From positions 9,601 through 73,600 of the forward strand of contig CAYXSN010000006.1 of assembly GCA_964467655.1 (NCBI GenBank): a stretch of DNA of 64,000 nucleotides. Direction: 5' to 3'. This document shows, in pieces, positions 26,316 to 36,235 of this stretch (its first letter is position 1; every line of letters starts with the position of its first letter). Both the position numbers and the translations under genes were made by a program. This DNA comes from an uncultured Candidatus Saccharimonadales bacterium (GTDB lineage: Bacteria > Patescibacteriota > Saccharimonadia > UBA4664). A model generated the notes under the pieces. It was not told the origin of the DNA, did not search any database, and saw nothing but the letters and a program-made list of their open reading frames with translations.

Positions 26316-27596
26316 CTATTTAGTTTGTATCAGCTTGGCAAATTGCTCAGCCGCCCGATTAGGATCAGGTGCAATAATGGCCATTCTCAAGCGCTCAGGT
26401 GCCAGCATCTGCCGGGCTACCCGTAGCACATCGTCCGCTGTCACCCCTTCGATAGCTGCAATCAGCTCATCTACTGGCTGCACTCGACCGAGCAAGGCCA
26501 GTTGTGCGCCCAACCTATCGGCAATGCTGGCGTTACTCTCGAGGCTCATCTCTAGCCCTGCCACCAATTGCTGCTTAGCTTTGGCGAGCTCAGCCTTGCC
26601 TACTTCGTCCTGCCGAATACCATCGAGCTCAGCCAACACCGACTCGATTGCTTGGTCGATTTTATCGATACCCACCCCGGCATACGCTTCAAAAATACCG
26701 GTGTCCACGTAACTATTGGTCTCGGCGAACACATTGTAGGCCAAACCTTGGCGCTCACGCACATTCAAAAAAAGCCTTGAGCTCATTCCCCGGCCCAGGA
26801 TGGCTGCCACTACCCGGCTAGCCGGCTCATCTTCATCAAGATACGCGTACGACCGGGCCGCCACCATGATGTGGGCTTGGGCCGTATCCTTGGCATACGG
26901 CAGAGCCAACTGGCTGGAAATGCCTTTGGTCACCGGTACCGGGCGGGCCTTTTCGCCCGACTCCATACTCCCCAGCACTGCTTCCATTTGTTGAACGACG
27001 GCAGCATGGTCGATGGCTCCAGCCACTGCCACCACCAAGTTGTTTGGCCGGTAGTGTTGGCGCATATAACCGGCAATCTCGGCCCGGCTCAGATTTTCGA
27101 TAACTTTCTCGGATCCAATGATATCTTGGCCCAGTGGATTATCGGGGAAGATCAGTGACGGTACCAATGTGCCAATGAACCGCGGCGGGTCATCCTGAAA
27201 AACGTTCATTTCCTCTACGATGACGCCCCGCTCTCTATCGATTTCAGAGCTTTCAAGTAACGGTGATTTCACCATGTCGGCCAAGATGTCGAGCGCCAGT
27301 TGTCCATGCCTCGCCGGCACCTTGATGTAAAACGACGTAATATCTTCACCAGTATAGGCATTATTGTAGCCACCAACAGCATCAACGGCCTCAGCTATCT
27401 TGGCGGCCGTCGGATATTTCTTGGTGCCTTTAAACAATAAATGCTCCAAAAAATGCGACACCCCACCGTTGGTATCGTAGGTTTCGTAGCGGGAACCGGT
27501 TCCGGCCACAATGTTGACTGTCACGCTCCGGGCGTCGGGCATGCTGGCCGTTACTATTTGTAGGCCGTTGGCCAAAGTAGTTTGCTGAATCTTCAC
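26316..27596 (-). CDS. M16-family zinc peptidase (insulinase/pitrilysin-like)
   Basis: Inverted zinc motif HFLEHLLFKGT (HxxEH) plus M16 architecture, 426 aa. Confidence 0.75.
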   Translation of the reverse strand: MKIQQTTLANGLQIVTASMPDARSVTVNIVAGTGSRYETYDTNGGVSHFLEHLLFKGTKKYPTAAKIAEAVDAVGGYNNAYTGEDITSFYIKVPARHGQLALDILADMVKSPLLESSEIDRERGVIVEEMNVFQDDPPRFIGTLVPSLIFPDNPLGQDIIGSEKVIENLSRAEIAGYMRQHYRPNNLVVAVAGAIDHAAVVQQMEAVLGSMESGEKARPVPVTKGISSQLALPYAKDTAQAHIMVAARSYAYLDEDEPASRVVAAILGRGMSSRLFLNVRERQGLAYNVFAETNSYVDTGIFEAYAGVGIDKIDQAIESVLAELDGIRQDEVGKAELAKAKQQLVAGLEMSLESNASIADRLGAQLALLGRVQPVDELIAAIEGVTADDVLRVARQMLAPERLRMAIIAPDPNRAAEQFAKLIQTK

Positions 27597-27613
27597 GTCG
27601 CTACTATATCAGA

Positions 27614-28261
27614 TTAGGCTCCCCTTGCGGGAGATTTGCGCAAATTCTTGATCGCCTTCAGTAAGCGCTCACGCACATGCCACAAGACATATAAGATAAT
27701 CAATACAATCAGTACGACAGCTACTTGGTTCATCCGATGACTGATCGCCTCAAAATGTTCACCCACCGTATAACCCAGCCAAACCCACAAAGACGACCAC
27801 ACAAATGAGCCAATCAAAGAATACAGGACAAAGCTACCCACTTTCATTTGAGCAATACCAGCCGGATAAGCCACCAATCCTCGAATAACCGGCAAGCAGC
27901 GGCCAGCCATGGTCAACAGCGGCCCATATTTGTCAAAAGCCACCTGGGTTTTGGCGAGATCTTTCTGGGAAATCAAAAAATATTTACCATATTTTGCGAG
28001 GAACGGGTAACCGCCATAGCGACCGATTCCATACCCGACCATACCACCGACCAGCTGGGCCAAGGTACCAAATACTAAAACCACTGGCCAGCTCATGGTG
28101 CCGCGAGCTGCCAGCATGCCACCAACAGCCAACAGAATTTCTGATGGAATCGGTATGCCAAAACTATCTAGTATCAGGCCAACTGCCATACCGGCATATC
28201 CCAAAGCTGAAATCAAATCTAAGGCTATCTGACTAAAGTTCATAACCACCATTATACCCAC
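27614..28261 (-). CDS. DedA/SNARE-associated-family membrane protein
   Basis: 215 aa polytopic protein with the DedA signature region (GYAGMAVGLILDSFGIPIPSEILLAVGG). Confidence 0.65.
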   Translation of the reverse strand: MGIMVVMNFSQIALDLISALGYAGMAVGLILDSFGIPIPSEILLAVGGMLAARGTMSWPVVLVFGTLAQLVGGMVGYGIGRYGGYPFLAKYGKYFLISQKDLAKTQVAFDKYGPLLTMAGRCLPVIRGLVAYPAGIAQMKVGSFVLYSLIGSFVWSSLWVWLGYTVGEHFEAISHRMNQVAVVLIVLIILYVLWHVRERLLKAIKNLRKSPARGA

Positions 28262-28276
28262 AAGGTCGCATTGGCG

Positions 28277-30091
28277 TCACGGCCGAACCGAAACCCTGGC
28301 CGCTTCAATGCTTGCGCGGACAGCCTCAAGTTGCTCAAGCCTCGGCTTGAGTGTTAGATCAACCGCCCGATTCTCACGGACATCCTTGGAGTAACGAGCC
28401 AGCATGGCATCTATTACAGCCAACGCTTCGTCATACCGGCCTTGCCGCCACTGAGCCGCCGCTAGATCACCTGCGTATTCAGGATGGTTGTTGGAGTCGC
28501 GAGCCAATGCCCGGATCGCCGCGTCAGTCGCCGCCTGCAGCTGATTTTGGGCCAGCCAGACTCGCGACTCAAGCTGCCAATGTTGGCCGTCGTAATGGTC
28601 AAGGGCTTCGGCTCGGCGAGCGTAGTCCAGCGCCTCATCCAGATACGATTGCCGTTGTGGCTTGTTATGCGAAAGTTGCGCTTGAGCCAATGCCACAATC
28701 CCACGTGCCGTCAACCAGTCTGGATTACCTATTCCGTATTTGTTAGCGTCATCATAAGCACTGGCCGCCGCCGGATAGTCGTCGTTCTCCAGATAAATCT
28801 TGGCCCGTTCAGCCGCCGAAGCTGCGGTGTATTGCGAAGCAGCCAGCACAGCTACCAGTATGAGTCCAAGTAGCACCCAACCACGGCCAGGCTTATGCTG
28901 CCGAGGTTGCCAACACAGTAAGGCAATGAGCATGGCCAGGCTCGCCACAATGGCTGGATACGAACCACCAATATCAACAGCCATATGACTTATGGCTGCC
29001 AGGACTCCCAAAAACAGCCCCAACCAGGCCCGTCCCAGTTGCCATAAACCAGCCATCATCAACACCGTCAAGCCAACTATCAACCAGCCCAATAGACCAA
29101 ACCCAACGAACCCTAGTTCCGCCAACACTTGCAACGGCAGACTATGAACGCTTTGGGACGCATCTATCGGACTGTGCTGGTATTGTGGGTGGACGTCACC
29201 AAAGGCTCCGGCCCCCACCCCGCTAATTGGCTGAGCCGCCCACATCGCTCCGGCGCTTGCTACATACAGCCACCGGTCTTGCAAGCTTTGCGATTGTCCG
29301 TCGGCCACTTCGGCCACTCGCGCCGACAACCCAGCACTGGCCGTGTGATGGCGCCCCATCAAATCGGCTAGTTGCACCGTCCCAAGGTTCACCAATGAGC
29401 ATACCAAAAGGATGAACAATATTTTTATCCAAAAACGCTTTGTTGTAGGGATCACAATTACCAGAATAAGGCTATAAAAAGCCAATATTACGATGGCCGC
29501 CCTTGAAGCCGTCAGCCAGATTGCCACTCCAGTTACGGCTAAAACCATGCCGGTAAACCAAGCCTTTCGACGGCTTTTTTGGACTACGAGCCAGTCAGAC
29601 AACAGCATCAAAACTGCCGGCAGCAAATAGGTAGCAGCGGGGTTCGGCCAGTAAACAGGTCCAACCAATCGGTCATAATCGCCGAAGACATATAAAACAA
29701 TTCCCCAGACTGCGAAAGCTGCCGCCGAAACCAAATAACCAAGTTTGATGAGCTCACGCCCCTGAGGTTGCCTTATAACCAACCTGCTCAACCAAAACAC
29801 TCCCCCAGCGATCGCCCACAGCTGCACCCAGAGCAATGTACTGTAGCGGTTGGCTGTCCACCACCCACTCAAAGCCCCCCAACCAACAAATGCCAGAAAA
29901 CATAACGCTACCCACAACGGCATGCTTCGCCTCAGCTGCCCTTCGCGATAGGCCAGCAGAGCCGCCAGCACCAACGCCATAGCGCTTACGAGGCCAGCGA
30001 GTGGCTCCTTACCTCCAGTCAGCCAGGGAAACGTGGCCAGCACCAAACAAACTACCCACGTTCTCGTAATAATTGGCCTCACGGTATCCAT
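28277..30091 (-). CDS. O-antigen-ligase (Wzy_C)-family membrane protein with C-terminal TPR repeats
   Basis: 604 aa. About 12 TM helices with a large periplasmic-type loop, then TPR-like repeats (AYDDANKYG..., AEALDHYDGQHWQLE...). Confidence 0.55.
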   Translation of the reverse strand: MDTVRPIITRTWVVCLVLATFPWLTGGKEPLAGLVSAMALVLAALLAYREGQLRRSMPLWVALCFLAFVGWGALSGWWTANRYSTLLWVQLWAIAGGVFWLSRLVIRQPQGRELIKLGYLVSAAAFAVWGIVLYVFGDYDRLVGPVYWPNPAATYLLPAVLMLLSDWLVVQKSRRKAWFTGMVLAVTGVAIWLTASRAAIVILAFYSLILVIVIPTTKRFWIKILFILLVCSLVNLGTVQLADLMGRHHTASAGLSARVAEVADGQSQSLQDRWLYVASAGAMWAAQPISGVGAGAFGDVHPQYQHSPIDASQSVHSLPLQVLAELGFVGFGLLGWLIVGLTVLMMAGLWQLGRAWLGLFLGVLAAISHMAVDIGGSYPAIVASLAMLIALLCWQPRQHKPGRGWVLLGLILVAVLAASQYTAASAAERAKIYLENDDYPAAASAYDDANKYGIGNPDWLTARGIVALAQAQLSHNKPQRQSYLDEALDYARRAEALDHYDGQHWQLESRVWLAQNQLQAATDAAIRALARDSNNHPEYAGDLAAAQWRQGRYDEALAVIDAMLARYSKDVRENRAVDLTLKPRLEQLEAVRASIEAARVSVRP

Positions 30092-30118
30092 AGCTCTGTA
30101 CCCTAGTATAATGGAACT

Positions 30119-31042
30119 ATGGCTACCTTACCGCTATCAGACCTGGTGACAGATTATCTCGAGCATCTCGAGATCGAGCAGAACCGCTCCCAAAAAACCA
30201 TCACCAATTACGACCACTACCTCCAGAGACTGGTAGAATTTACTGATAACTGCGACATTAACCAACTCGATGCCGAGATGGTCAGGCAGTGGCGGCTCAA
30301 TCTCAACCGTACCCGTGATAGCCGCGGAGCTGAGTTGTCCAAGACGACCCAAAACTATCACCTGATCGCCCTGAGAAGCTTCCTCAAGTACCTGGCCAAG
30401 CGCGACGTGAAAGCGCTCGACTCCGCCAAAATTGAACTCGCCAAAACTATCAGACCCCAGGTCACGTTTTTAGACAATGAAGAACTCGGCCGTCTATTTA
30501 ATGCCATTGATACCTCAAACCCCATCGGCCTCAGAGACAGGGCGATAGTTGAGCTATTATTCTCTGGAGGCTTGCGCGTCAGCGAACTAATCGGCCTCGA
30601 TCGTTCCCAGGTCAATATCGCCCGGCGCGAGTTTATGGTCCGCGGCAAGGGCCAAAAAGACAGGCCGATCTTTATCTCGGAATCAGCCGCCGACTGGCTC
30701 GATCGGTATTTGGCCACCCGCCAAGATTCGGCCGCTCCCCTGTTCATCCATTATTCAGGTACTGGCGACCAAAGTGAAAACGGCGCCTTCCAGCGGCTTA
30801 CCGCCCGCAGCGTCCAACGCCTGATCAAGCGCTATGCTGGAGCTGCCGGTATCATCAAGCACGTCACGCCCCACACCCTGCGCCACAGCTTCGCGACCGA
30901 CCTGCTCCACAACGGCGCCGACCTCAGAAGCGTCCAGGGCCTCCTAGGTCACGCCAATGTCCAAACCACGCAAATTTATACCCACCTGACCGACCCGCAG
31001 CTCAAAAGCGTCCATGAGCGGTTTCACAACCAATCAGCCTAA
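30119..31042 (+). CDS. xerC: Tyrosine recombinase XerC/XerD family
   Basis: C-terminal catalytic region HTLRHSFATDLLHNGADLRSVQGLLGHANVQTTQIYTHL (R...HxxR...Y). Confidence 0.8.
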   Translation: MATLPLSDLVTDYLEHLEIEQNRSQKTITNYDHYLQRLVEFTDNCDINQLDAEMVRQWRLNLNRTRDSRGAELSKTTQNYHLIALRSFLKYLAKRDVKALDSAKIELAKTIRPQVTFLDNEELGRLFNAIDTSNPIGLRDRAIVELLFSGGLRVSELIGLDRSQVNIARREFMVRGKGQKDRPIFISESAADWLDRYLATRQDSAAPLFIHYSGTGDQSENGAFQRLTARSVQRLIKRYAGAAGIIKHVTPHTLRHSFATDLLHNGADLRSVQGLLGHANVQTTQIYTHLTDPQLKSVHERFHNQSA

Positions 31043-32256
31043 CAATCGAGCAGGTCGGCTAGGGCGTTAAGGGTGGTACCAAAATCTGCCGGAGTAAGTA
31101 CTGCATGGTAATTACCGGCAGCACCAGTTGTTTGATCGGCTAAATAGTGTAGAACCGGGTTATCTGGCACACCTGCCTGAATGCCCACCGTATAGACTTT
31201 CATAGTGGTATATGGAGGTACAATATTGTTATCGATGAAGTTTTTCAGATAAGCTTCATTCTCTGGCTGGTTCCAATAACCGGACGTCGGATCAACCTCA
31301 CGATAGTCGTCAGGAAAACCATCAGATATAAACACGACGATCTTGTCGGCCCCGGGCCGAGCTGCGCCACTATTGAGCACCGTCCAAGCCCGCTGCAAGG
31401 CCGGCTTATACCGTGTTTCAGTCGTGGTTGTAAAATCTGACTGGTTATCGACAGTCGCCATAAGATTTGGCACATTGGTCGTTAAACTCTGTTTGACTAC
31501 AGGATTCGTATCATTAAATGCAATGATAGCACCTTGGTTTCCGCTACCAATTCCAACGTTATTCAAAAATCCGCCAGCACCTACTAGCAAGTCGATCATA
31601 ATCTGCATTCGGTTATATGCTTGATAGTTCCAATCGGGTCCATTCCAGTCCCATTTCATCGATTCCGAAGAGTCAAGCACGAAAACAATATCGCTGTTGT
31701 TCACACACACGGGCGGAACCGGCGCCGGAGTCGTGGCTACCAGCCGAGTCAGCTGGGTAGCCACGTGATTGACGTTGGTTGGGCCTCCGCTCAAATCACG
31801 AAAGCCCCAATATACCTGGAAATTAACAGTTTCGGGGCTACCAGGGTTATCAGGAGTAGCCACGATCTCCACATAGGAATCAGGCACAGTAATCACGTCT
31901 GGAGTCACCGATCCAACCACCGGCACATAGCCGTCACCAGTTTTGATCATATGAAAGCACCGATCGGGCCCTGCCCCCCGACAGCCACTCAAGGCGCTGG
32001 TATTAAGTACGCCGGTGTAGGTAGCACCGTTACCAGTAGTAAACTCGCTCCAACTGTGGTTATCACGGAAGTTGCGCAGATACTCCAGTTGGTTTTGGGC
32101 CACCAAAGCAACCGTTGTGCGCTCGCGGGCTGTCTGGCCCTGCTGGAAAGCCCGAATGGCCAGGCGGGTTGAACTCAAAAGCACCAGCGACAAGATTGCC
32201 AGAGCAACAGTTACTTCAACCAGAGTATCACCCCGGCTATCACGCCTTAAGGACAT
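31039..32256 (-). CDS. Pilin-like protein with a von Willebrand factor A domain (putative T4P tip/minor pilin adhesin)
   Basis: N-terminal prepilin-like segment (RGDTLVEVTVALAILSLVLL) and vWA MIDAS motif DIVFVLDSSESM. First gene 3' of the pilin block. Confidence 0.55.
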   Translation of the reverse strand: MSLRRDSRGDTLVEVTVALAILSLVLLSSTRLAIRAFQQGQTARERTTVALVAQNQLEYLRNFRDNHSWSEFTTGNGATYTGVLNTSALSGCRGAGPDRCFHMIKTGDGYVPVVGSVTPDVITVPDSYVEIVATPDNPGSPETVNFQVYWGFRDLSGGPTNVNHVATQLTRLVATTPAPVPPVCVNNSDIVFVLDSSESMKWDWNGPDWNYQAYNRMQIMIDLLVGAGGFLNNVGIGSGNQGAIIAFNDTNPVVKQSLTTNVPNLMATVDNQSDFTTTTETRYKPALQRAWTVLNSGAARPGADKIVVFISDGFPDDYREVDPTSGYWNQPENEAYLKNFIDNNIVPPYTTMKVYTVGIQAGVPDNPVLHYLADQTTGAAGNYHAVLTPADFGTTLNALADLLDC

Positions 32257-33263
32257 GTGTATCCTCCTCCCGGAAATGCATTACCCAACACCACGAAGTC
32301 TTTGCAAACCCCAGTATCAGAAAATATGACATAGTTTAAGCCCGACGCCGGCGCCTGAGGACTCGGTACTTTGCTAATCACCCGCCGGTAAGCCGTACCG
32401 GCCTTGGCCGTGACATCAATGGTCACCATACCGTCGGGCACATCTACTACAGCTCCGGTAGCATTATTACCGGCGTAAAACGTCATCCGGTAACCCGACG
32501 CACCATATCTAGATTGTAAGCGGAACATATGGGCATTAGCACCGGTAAACCCGCTCAGCACCACCTGACAGTGATACGGCGTCCGCACGGCACTGCAGTT
32601 GCCGTAATAAGGTCCCCCGGTGCTAAAAGCCGCCGCCGCCCCATAGTTGACGGCACCAGCCGCAGCGCCTCCCGGCAAAAACAATGCATTCTGGATTAAC
32701 ATTCTGCAGGCCGGCGGCACCGCTCCGTTCACACAAACATCATTGACCGTTACGTTGCCAGGTGGGTATTGAACGATCGTCATCTCCAAAGGTGGCGCAA
32801 AGGGCAAAGTTGCATCATATTCCGACTGACTAGGCAACGGCAGGCTGGTGTTGTAATAGGCGGCATTCACGTTGGGTGACTGGTCCCACTCAAGCTTGAC
32901 GCTATTATAGCCTGGAGCAACTACAAAACCCGGATCCACCGTCACCGAGGTATTGGGGCTCGATAACCTGCCCGAGGGCTGACCTGACACTTCAATCTGC
33001 TGGCAGCTCCATTCGGCAGTGTCATACGTCACCCGAGCACAGGGCTGGTCAGCCAATACCGAACCGGCCAGCACCCGTTTAACCGCCTCCTCGACACCGG
33101 CTTCGGCCGTATAATAGGCCCTCATCGACTGTTCAGTGTCGGAAGCCTTGCGTAGCTGAGCCACCTCAAGGGTCACCATCGTGGTAGTTACCAAGAGCAA
33201 GAGCAGGCTTATCAAAATAACAGTAATCATCGATACGAAACCACGTTGGCCCGAAGGCTTCAT
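32247..33263 (-). CDS. PilX-like type IV pilus minor pilin/assembly protein
   Basis: N-terminus GQRGFVSMITVILISLLLLLVTT (PilX N-terminal-like), then Gly/Ala-rich beta-type repeats. Start chosen at the MKPSGQRGF Met. Confidence 0.5.
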   Translation of the reverse strand: MKPSGQRGFVSMITVILISLLLLLVTTTMVTLEVAQLRKASDTEQSMRAYYTAEAGVEEAVKRVLAGSVLADQPCARVTYDTAEWSCQQIEVSGQPSGRLSSPNTSVTVDPGFVVAPGYNSVKLEWDQSPNVNAAYYNTSLPLPSQSEYDATLPFAPPLEMTIVQYPPGNVTVNDVCVNGAVPPACRMLIQNALFLPGGAAAGAVNYGAAAAFSTGGPYYGNCSAVRTPYHCQVVLSGFTGANAHMFRLQSRYGASGYRMTFYAGNNATGAVVDVPDGMVTIDVTAKAGTAYRRVISKVPSPQAPASGLNYVIFSDTGVCKDFVVLGNAFPGGGYTCP

Positions 33264-33268
33264 AGTAC

Positions 33269-33814
33269 TCATCGCGGGGTTGCTCCTGAATTTAACGTTA
33301 CCACAGCACAATATGATGAAGCAGCGTTACATTTGGTGGCAGCACCAGACCCGGTCGTCGTACCATTATTGGTAGCCACAGTCAGGCTAATTTCGATCTG
33401 GGGTTTGTCGCCTGGTGTCGGTACAATAACCTGAGGCACAAAATTAACTACCGAAACCTTATCGGTCGTGAGTCGCCGGGCATTGAGGCGACTCAAGCAG
33501 CCATCAGCCACCATCAGGTATGTACCATTCACGTAATAGACCTGTTCCCCTGCCGTTTTGGCGAGGCACAAAGCTGTACCTGTCGGCGGCACGCCGCCAA
33601 CAGAGGCATTGGTGGTTGCCGATGAAGCTCTCACTGACTGCACCATCTCTTCCATGGCCAGTCTGGCATTATCCTGTGCCTCATTGAGCGCATTCGCTCG
33701 GTTGCGCATATTGGTAATGTTGATAAAGCCCATCACAATTATGAGGAACATGCCGCTAAAGACCGCCATGGCAATGGTCAGCTCAATGAGAGTAAAGCCA
33801 CCCGAGCGCCTCAT
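33269..33814 (-). CDS. Type IV minor pilin (prepilin-type N-terminal cleavage/methylation domain; PilW/PilV-like)
   Basis: MRRSGGFTLIELTIAMAVF... is the canonical G-FTLIE prepilin motif. Confidence 0.7.
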   Translation of the reverse strand: MRRSGGFTLIELTIAMAVFSGMFLIIVMGFINITNMRNRANALNEAQDNARLAMEEMVQSVRASSATTNASVGGVPPTGTALCLAKTAGEQVYYVNGTYLMVADGCLSRLNARRLTTDKVSVVNFVPQVIVPTPGDKPQIEISLTVATNNGTTTGSGAATKCNAASSYCAVVTLNSGATPR

Positions 33815-34428
33815 AGCCGCCTCGCTAACCCCGACTCATCTACCTGGATAGTCGAGCCATGGCCTTCGTTATCAACAATTTGGAACTGCATACTGCTGGC
33901 AGCACAAACTCCACCCGCGAAATAGCCGTCAACCGGCGTTGATTGGTCGGCCACCATGCAGGTGCGGGCTGAACCATCATCATTCTTGATAAACAAAACC
34001 CGTCCACCAGCCGCCGACGGTGATGTCACCCTCACTCCATCAGGTAATGTCACATCAACTGTCTGATAGACACAGGCCCGCACTCCAGGCAAAGCCTTCC
34101 AGGATCTCAAGGTAACCGCCGGCGAGGTATTCGTGGCCACCCACTCCACACCGGCGTACACGTATTGGCCGGGCCCACCTGGACAGCTATCGGTACCATC
34201 GCCGGTACCGACGTTATTAACTGCAGCCAACGCCTGATTGCGGGCTGTAGTCGCACTGGAAATTATGTTGTTCACCGCCGCGTCAAACTGAGTCCTGGTC
34301 CGCAACCCCCGTTGGCCGGCAAAGACAGTCAGAACGAGCAGGCCGGAAATAGCAAACACAAACATAAGTTCAATTAACGAAAAACCAGCTTGGTTCCTTG
34401 TCACCATAAGTACTTTCAATTGTACCAT
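33811..34428 (-). CDS. Type IV minor pilin (GspH/FimT-like)
   Basis: ...NQAGFSLIELMFVFAISGLLVL prepilin motif. Confidence 0.65.
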   Translation of the reverse strand: MVQLKVLMVTRNQAGFSLIELMFVFAISGLLVLTVFAGQRGLRTRTQFDAAVNNIISSATTARNQALAAVNNVGTGDGTDSCPGGPGQYVYAGVEWVATNTSPAVTLRSWKALPGVRACVYQTVDVTLPDGVRVTSPSAAGGRVLFIKNDDGSARTCMVADQSTPVDGYFAGGVCAASSMQFQIVDNEGHGSTIQVDESGLARRL

Positions 34429-34433
34429 GATCC

Positions 34434-35246
34434 TTAGTCAATTCCGCCTAAACGCAAATAGGCAGCCACAATTTCGCGCCCATACAAATAAGCCACAATC
34501 GTGCCGAGCACCAAATACGGGCCGAATGGTATATGATCGCGGCGCCCGCGTTTTCTGGTAACAATCAGCCAGACTCCCGCCAGAGCCGCCACGTTAAAAG
34601 CCACAAACATTGCCACCATCGTTCCTTGCAACCCAAGCAGCAGACCCATAGCAAACGCCAGCTTGATATCGCCCCCACCCATAGCCCGGCCGCGGCTGGC
34701 CGCTGCCATCAGCCAAAAAGCCCCGCCGCCCAATAAGGCAGCCGCCAACGCCCCTTGCACCACCCGCAGTTCACTAGTTACTATCGCGCTGGCTGCCGCC
34801 AAGACCGCCACCACCATCGTCAACGGCAGCATTAATTTATCGGGCAATAGCATCCAGCGCCAGTCGTAGGCAGCTAAGGCTAGAAGCAAAGCAGTCACTA
34901 AGAGCCACGTACCAAACTGCAGAACACTACCCGGTAAAACCGGGTAAAACACCCACATACTCCACGCAAAGACCACGCCTGCTACCAGTTCGACGACAGG
35001 GCCATCGGTAATACTTTTGCGACAGTAACGGCACTTTCCGCCCAGGACGATCCAGCTTACTACCGGCACCAAGTCTCTGGCGGCCAGCAGATGGCCACAA
35101 TGACTGCAATGACTCCGGCCACGCACCCAGCTCATGCCTTCATGGAGTCGCCAGACCAAGGCATTTACTCCCGAGCCAACCACAAGACCCAAAGCCCCAG
35201 CCCACACAACTAGTAAATCTCGTTCAAGCATAAGCATAGTATACAA
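34434..35246 (-). CDS. pilD: Prepilin peptidase (A24 family) PilD
   Basis: N-terminal zinc-binding CSHC...CRYC tetracysteine region followed by a polytopic peptidase A24 body. 270 aa. Confidence 0.8.
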   Translation of the reverse strand: MYTMLMLERDLLVVWAGALGLVVGSGVNALVWRLHEGMSWVRGRSHCSHCGHLLAARDLVPVVSWIVLGGKCRYCRKSITDGPVVELVAGVVFAWSMWVFYPVLPGSVLQFGTWLLVTALLLALAAYDWRWMLLPDKLMLPLTMVVAVLAAASAIVTSELRVVQGALAAALLGGGAFWLMAAASRGRAMGGGDIKLAFAMGLLLGLQGTMVAMFVAFNVAALAGVWLIVTRKRGRRDHIPFGPYLVLGTIVAYLYGREIVAAYLRLGGID

Positions 35247-35291
35247 AAAAGAGACCGCAAAGGCCTCTTTTTTGGGAAAAACTAGACAGAA

Positions 35292-35720
35292 CTAGTTGTT
35301 GACGCAGTAAGCTGCACCAGCTTCTTGAGCAATCCGAACCGCTACAGCCGTCGCCCGGGCAGCACCACCACACTCAGTACCAAAAGTAATTTGGAACTTA
35401 GTCTGGGTAGCAGCCGCCGCATCAGCAGTGTAGGTCGCACCACCACCTACCACCGTTGCCGGGCTAAAGTAGGTGTTCGGAGCCGTAATCAACTGGGCCG
35501 TGTTCGTACAGTTCGTGTATGCACCGCCATTATTGGCCGCACATGACTCAACCGCCGATAGCATCCTACCCGCGTCAGTCTGCCGCTGCGAATCACGCCG
35601 TGACCGCTGGGCACCTTGAACCGCCAGGAACACGATTACCAGCAGCAAACCGGCAATCGCCAGCACCAGGACGATTTCAATCAGGGTAAAACCCTTCTCC
35701 TTTTTCAAAAGGTTGCTCAC
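35292..35720 (-). CDS. pilA: Type IV major pilin (PilA), copy 1
   Basis: GTG start. MSNLLKKEKGFTLIEIVLVLAIAGLLLVIVF, 142 aa. Own promoter-like element upstream. Confidence 0.8.
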   Translation of the reverse strand: MSNLLKKEKGFTLIEIVLVLAIAGLLLVIVFLAVQGAQRSRRDSQRQTDAGRMLSAVESCAANNGGAYTNCTNTAQLITAPNTYFSPATVVGGGATYTADAAAATQTKFQITFGTECGGAARATAVAVRIAQEAGAAYCVNN

Positions 35721-35758
35721 CTATTAATACCTTTCTTTAATAATGTTGCTTAAGCAAT

Positions 35759-35787
35759 AGTATTGCACTTATGCTTGCGCCGGTCAA
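35759..35787 (-). promoter_or_regulatory. Putative sigma-70-type promoter for pilA copy 1 (TTGACC-N17-AATACT)
   Basis: Minus strand TTGACCggcgcaagcataagtgcAATACT. A 12-bp palindrome TTGCTTAAGCAA (35746-35757) lies immediately downstream. Confidence 0.35.
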
Positions 35788-35814
35788 TGTCTTCGCAACT
35801 GACAAGCTGATGCT

Positions 35815-36228
35815 CTAATTATGAACACAATATGAGGTGCCGGATTCTTGGCCTACCGCCACCGACATAGTGCCGCCGCAGGTTGCCGGGATCAGTAGCT
35901 CGCCAACACCGGGATTTCCCGATGTCACTATGCTATAGCTCGCCGAACTGCCAACCTGGTTGGCTGGATCAAGAAAATGATCAGCTATGAGTTGAGCGGC
36001 GCAGTCAGTCGTACCGTTATAGGCACCGGCGTTTCTCGATGAGCACAACTCCATAGCTGCCAGTGCTCGACTAGCATCCTGTTGGCGTTGACCATCACGT
36101 CGAGATCTTTGAGCGCCTTGCACTGCCACAAATACAACGATCAAAAGTAAACCGGCAATCGCCAAAACAATCACGATCTCAATCAGTGTAAAACCCTTTT
36201 GGTGTTGAGGAGTTCGCGGAAATTTCAT
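35815..36228 (-). CDS. pilA: Type IV pilin (PilA), copy 2
   Basis: MKFPRTPQHQKGFTLIEIVIVLAIAGLLLIVVF. ATG start 7 nt after the pilC stop. Confidence 0.75.
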   Translation of the reverse strand: MKFPRTPQHQKGFTLIEIVIVLAIAGLLLIVVFVAVQGAQRSRRDGQRQQDASRALAAMELCSSRNAGAYNGTTDCAAQLIADHFLDPANQVGSSASYSIVTSGNPGVGELLIPATCGGTMSVAVGQESGTSYCVHN

Positions 36229-36235
36229 CTGACAA

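Noticed and set aside
33558-33851. 97-aa plus-strand ORF
   Set aside because: Antisense to the minor pilin gene with the GFTLIEL prepilin motif. No RBS and no coding features.
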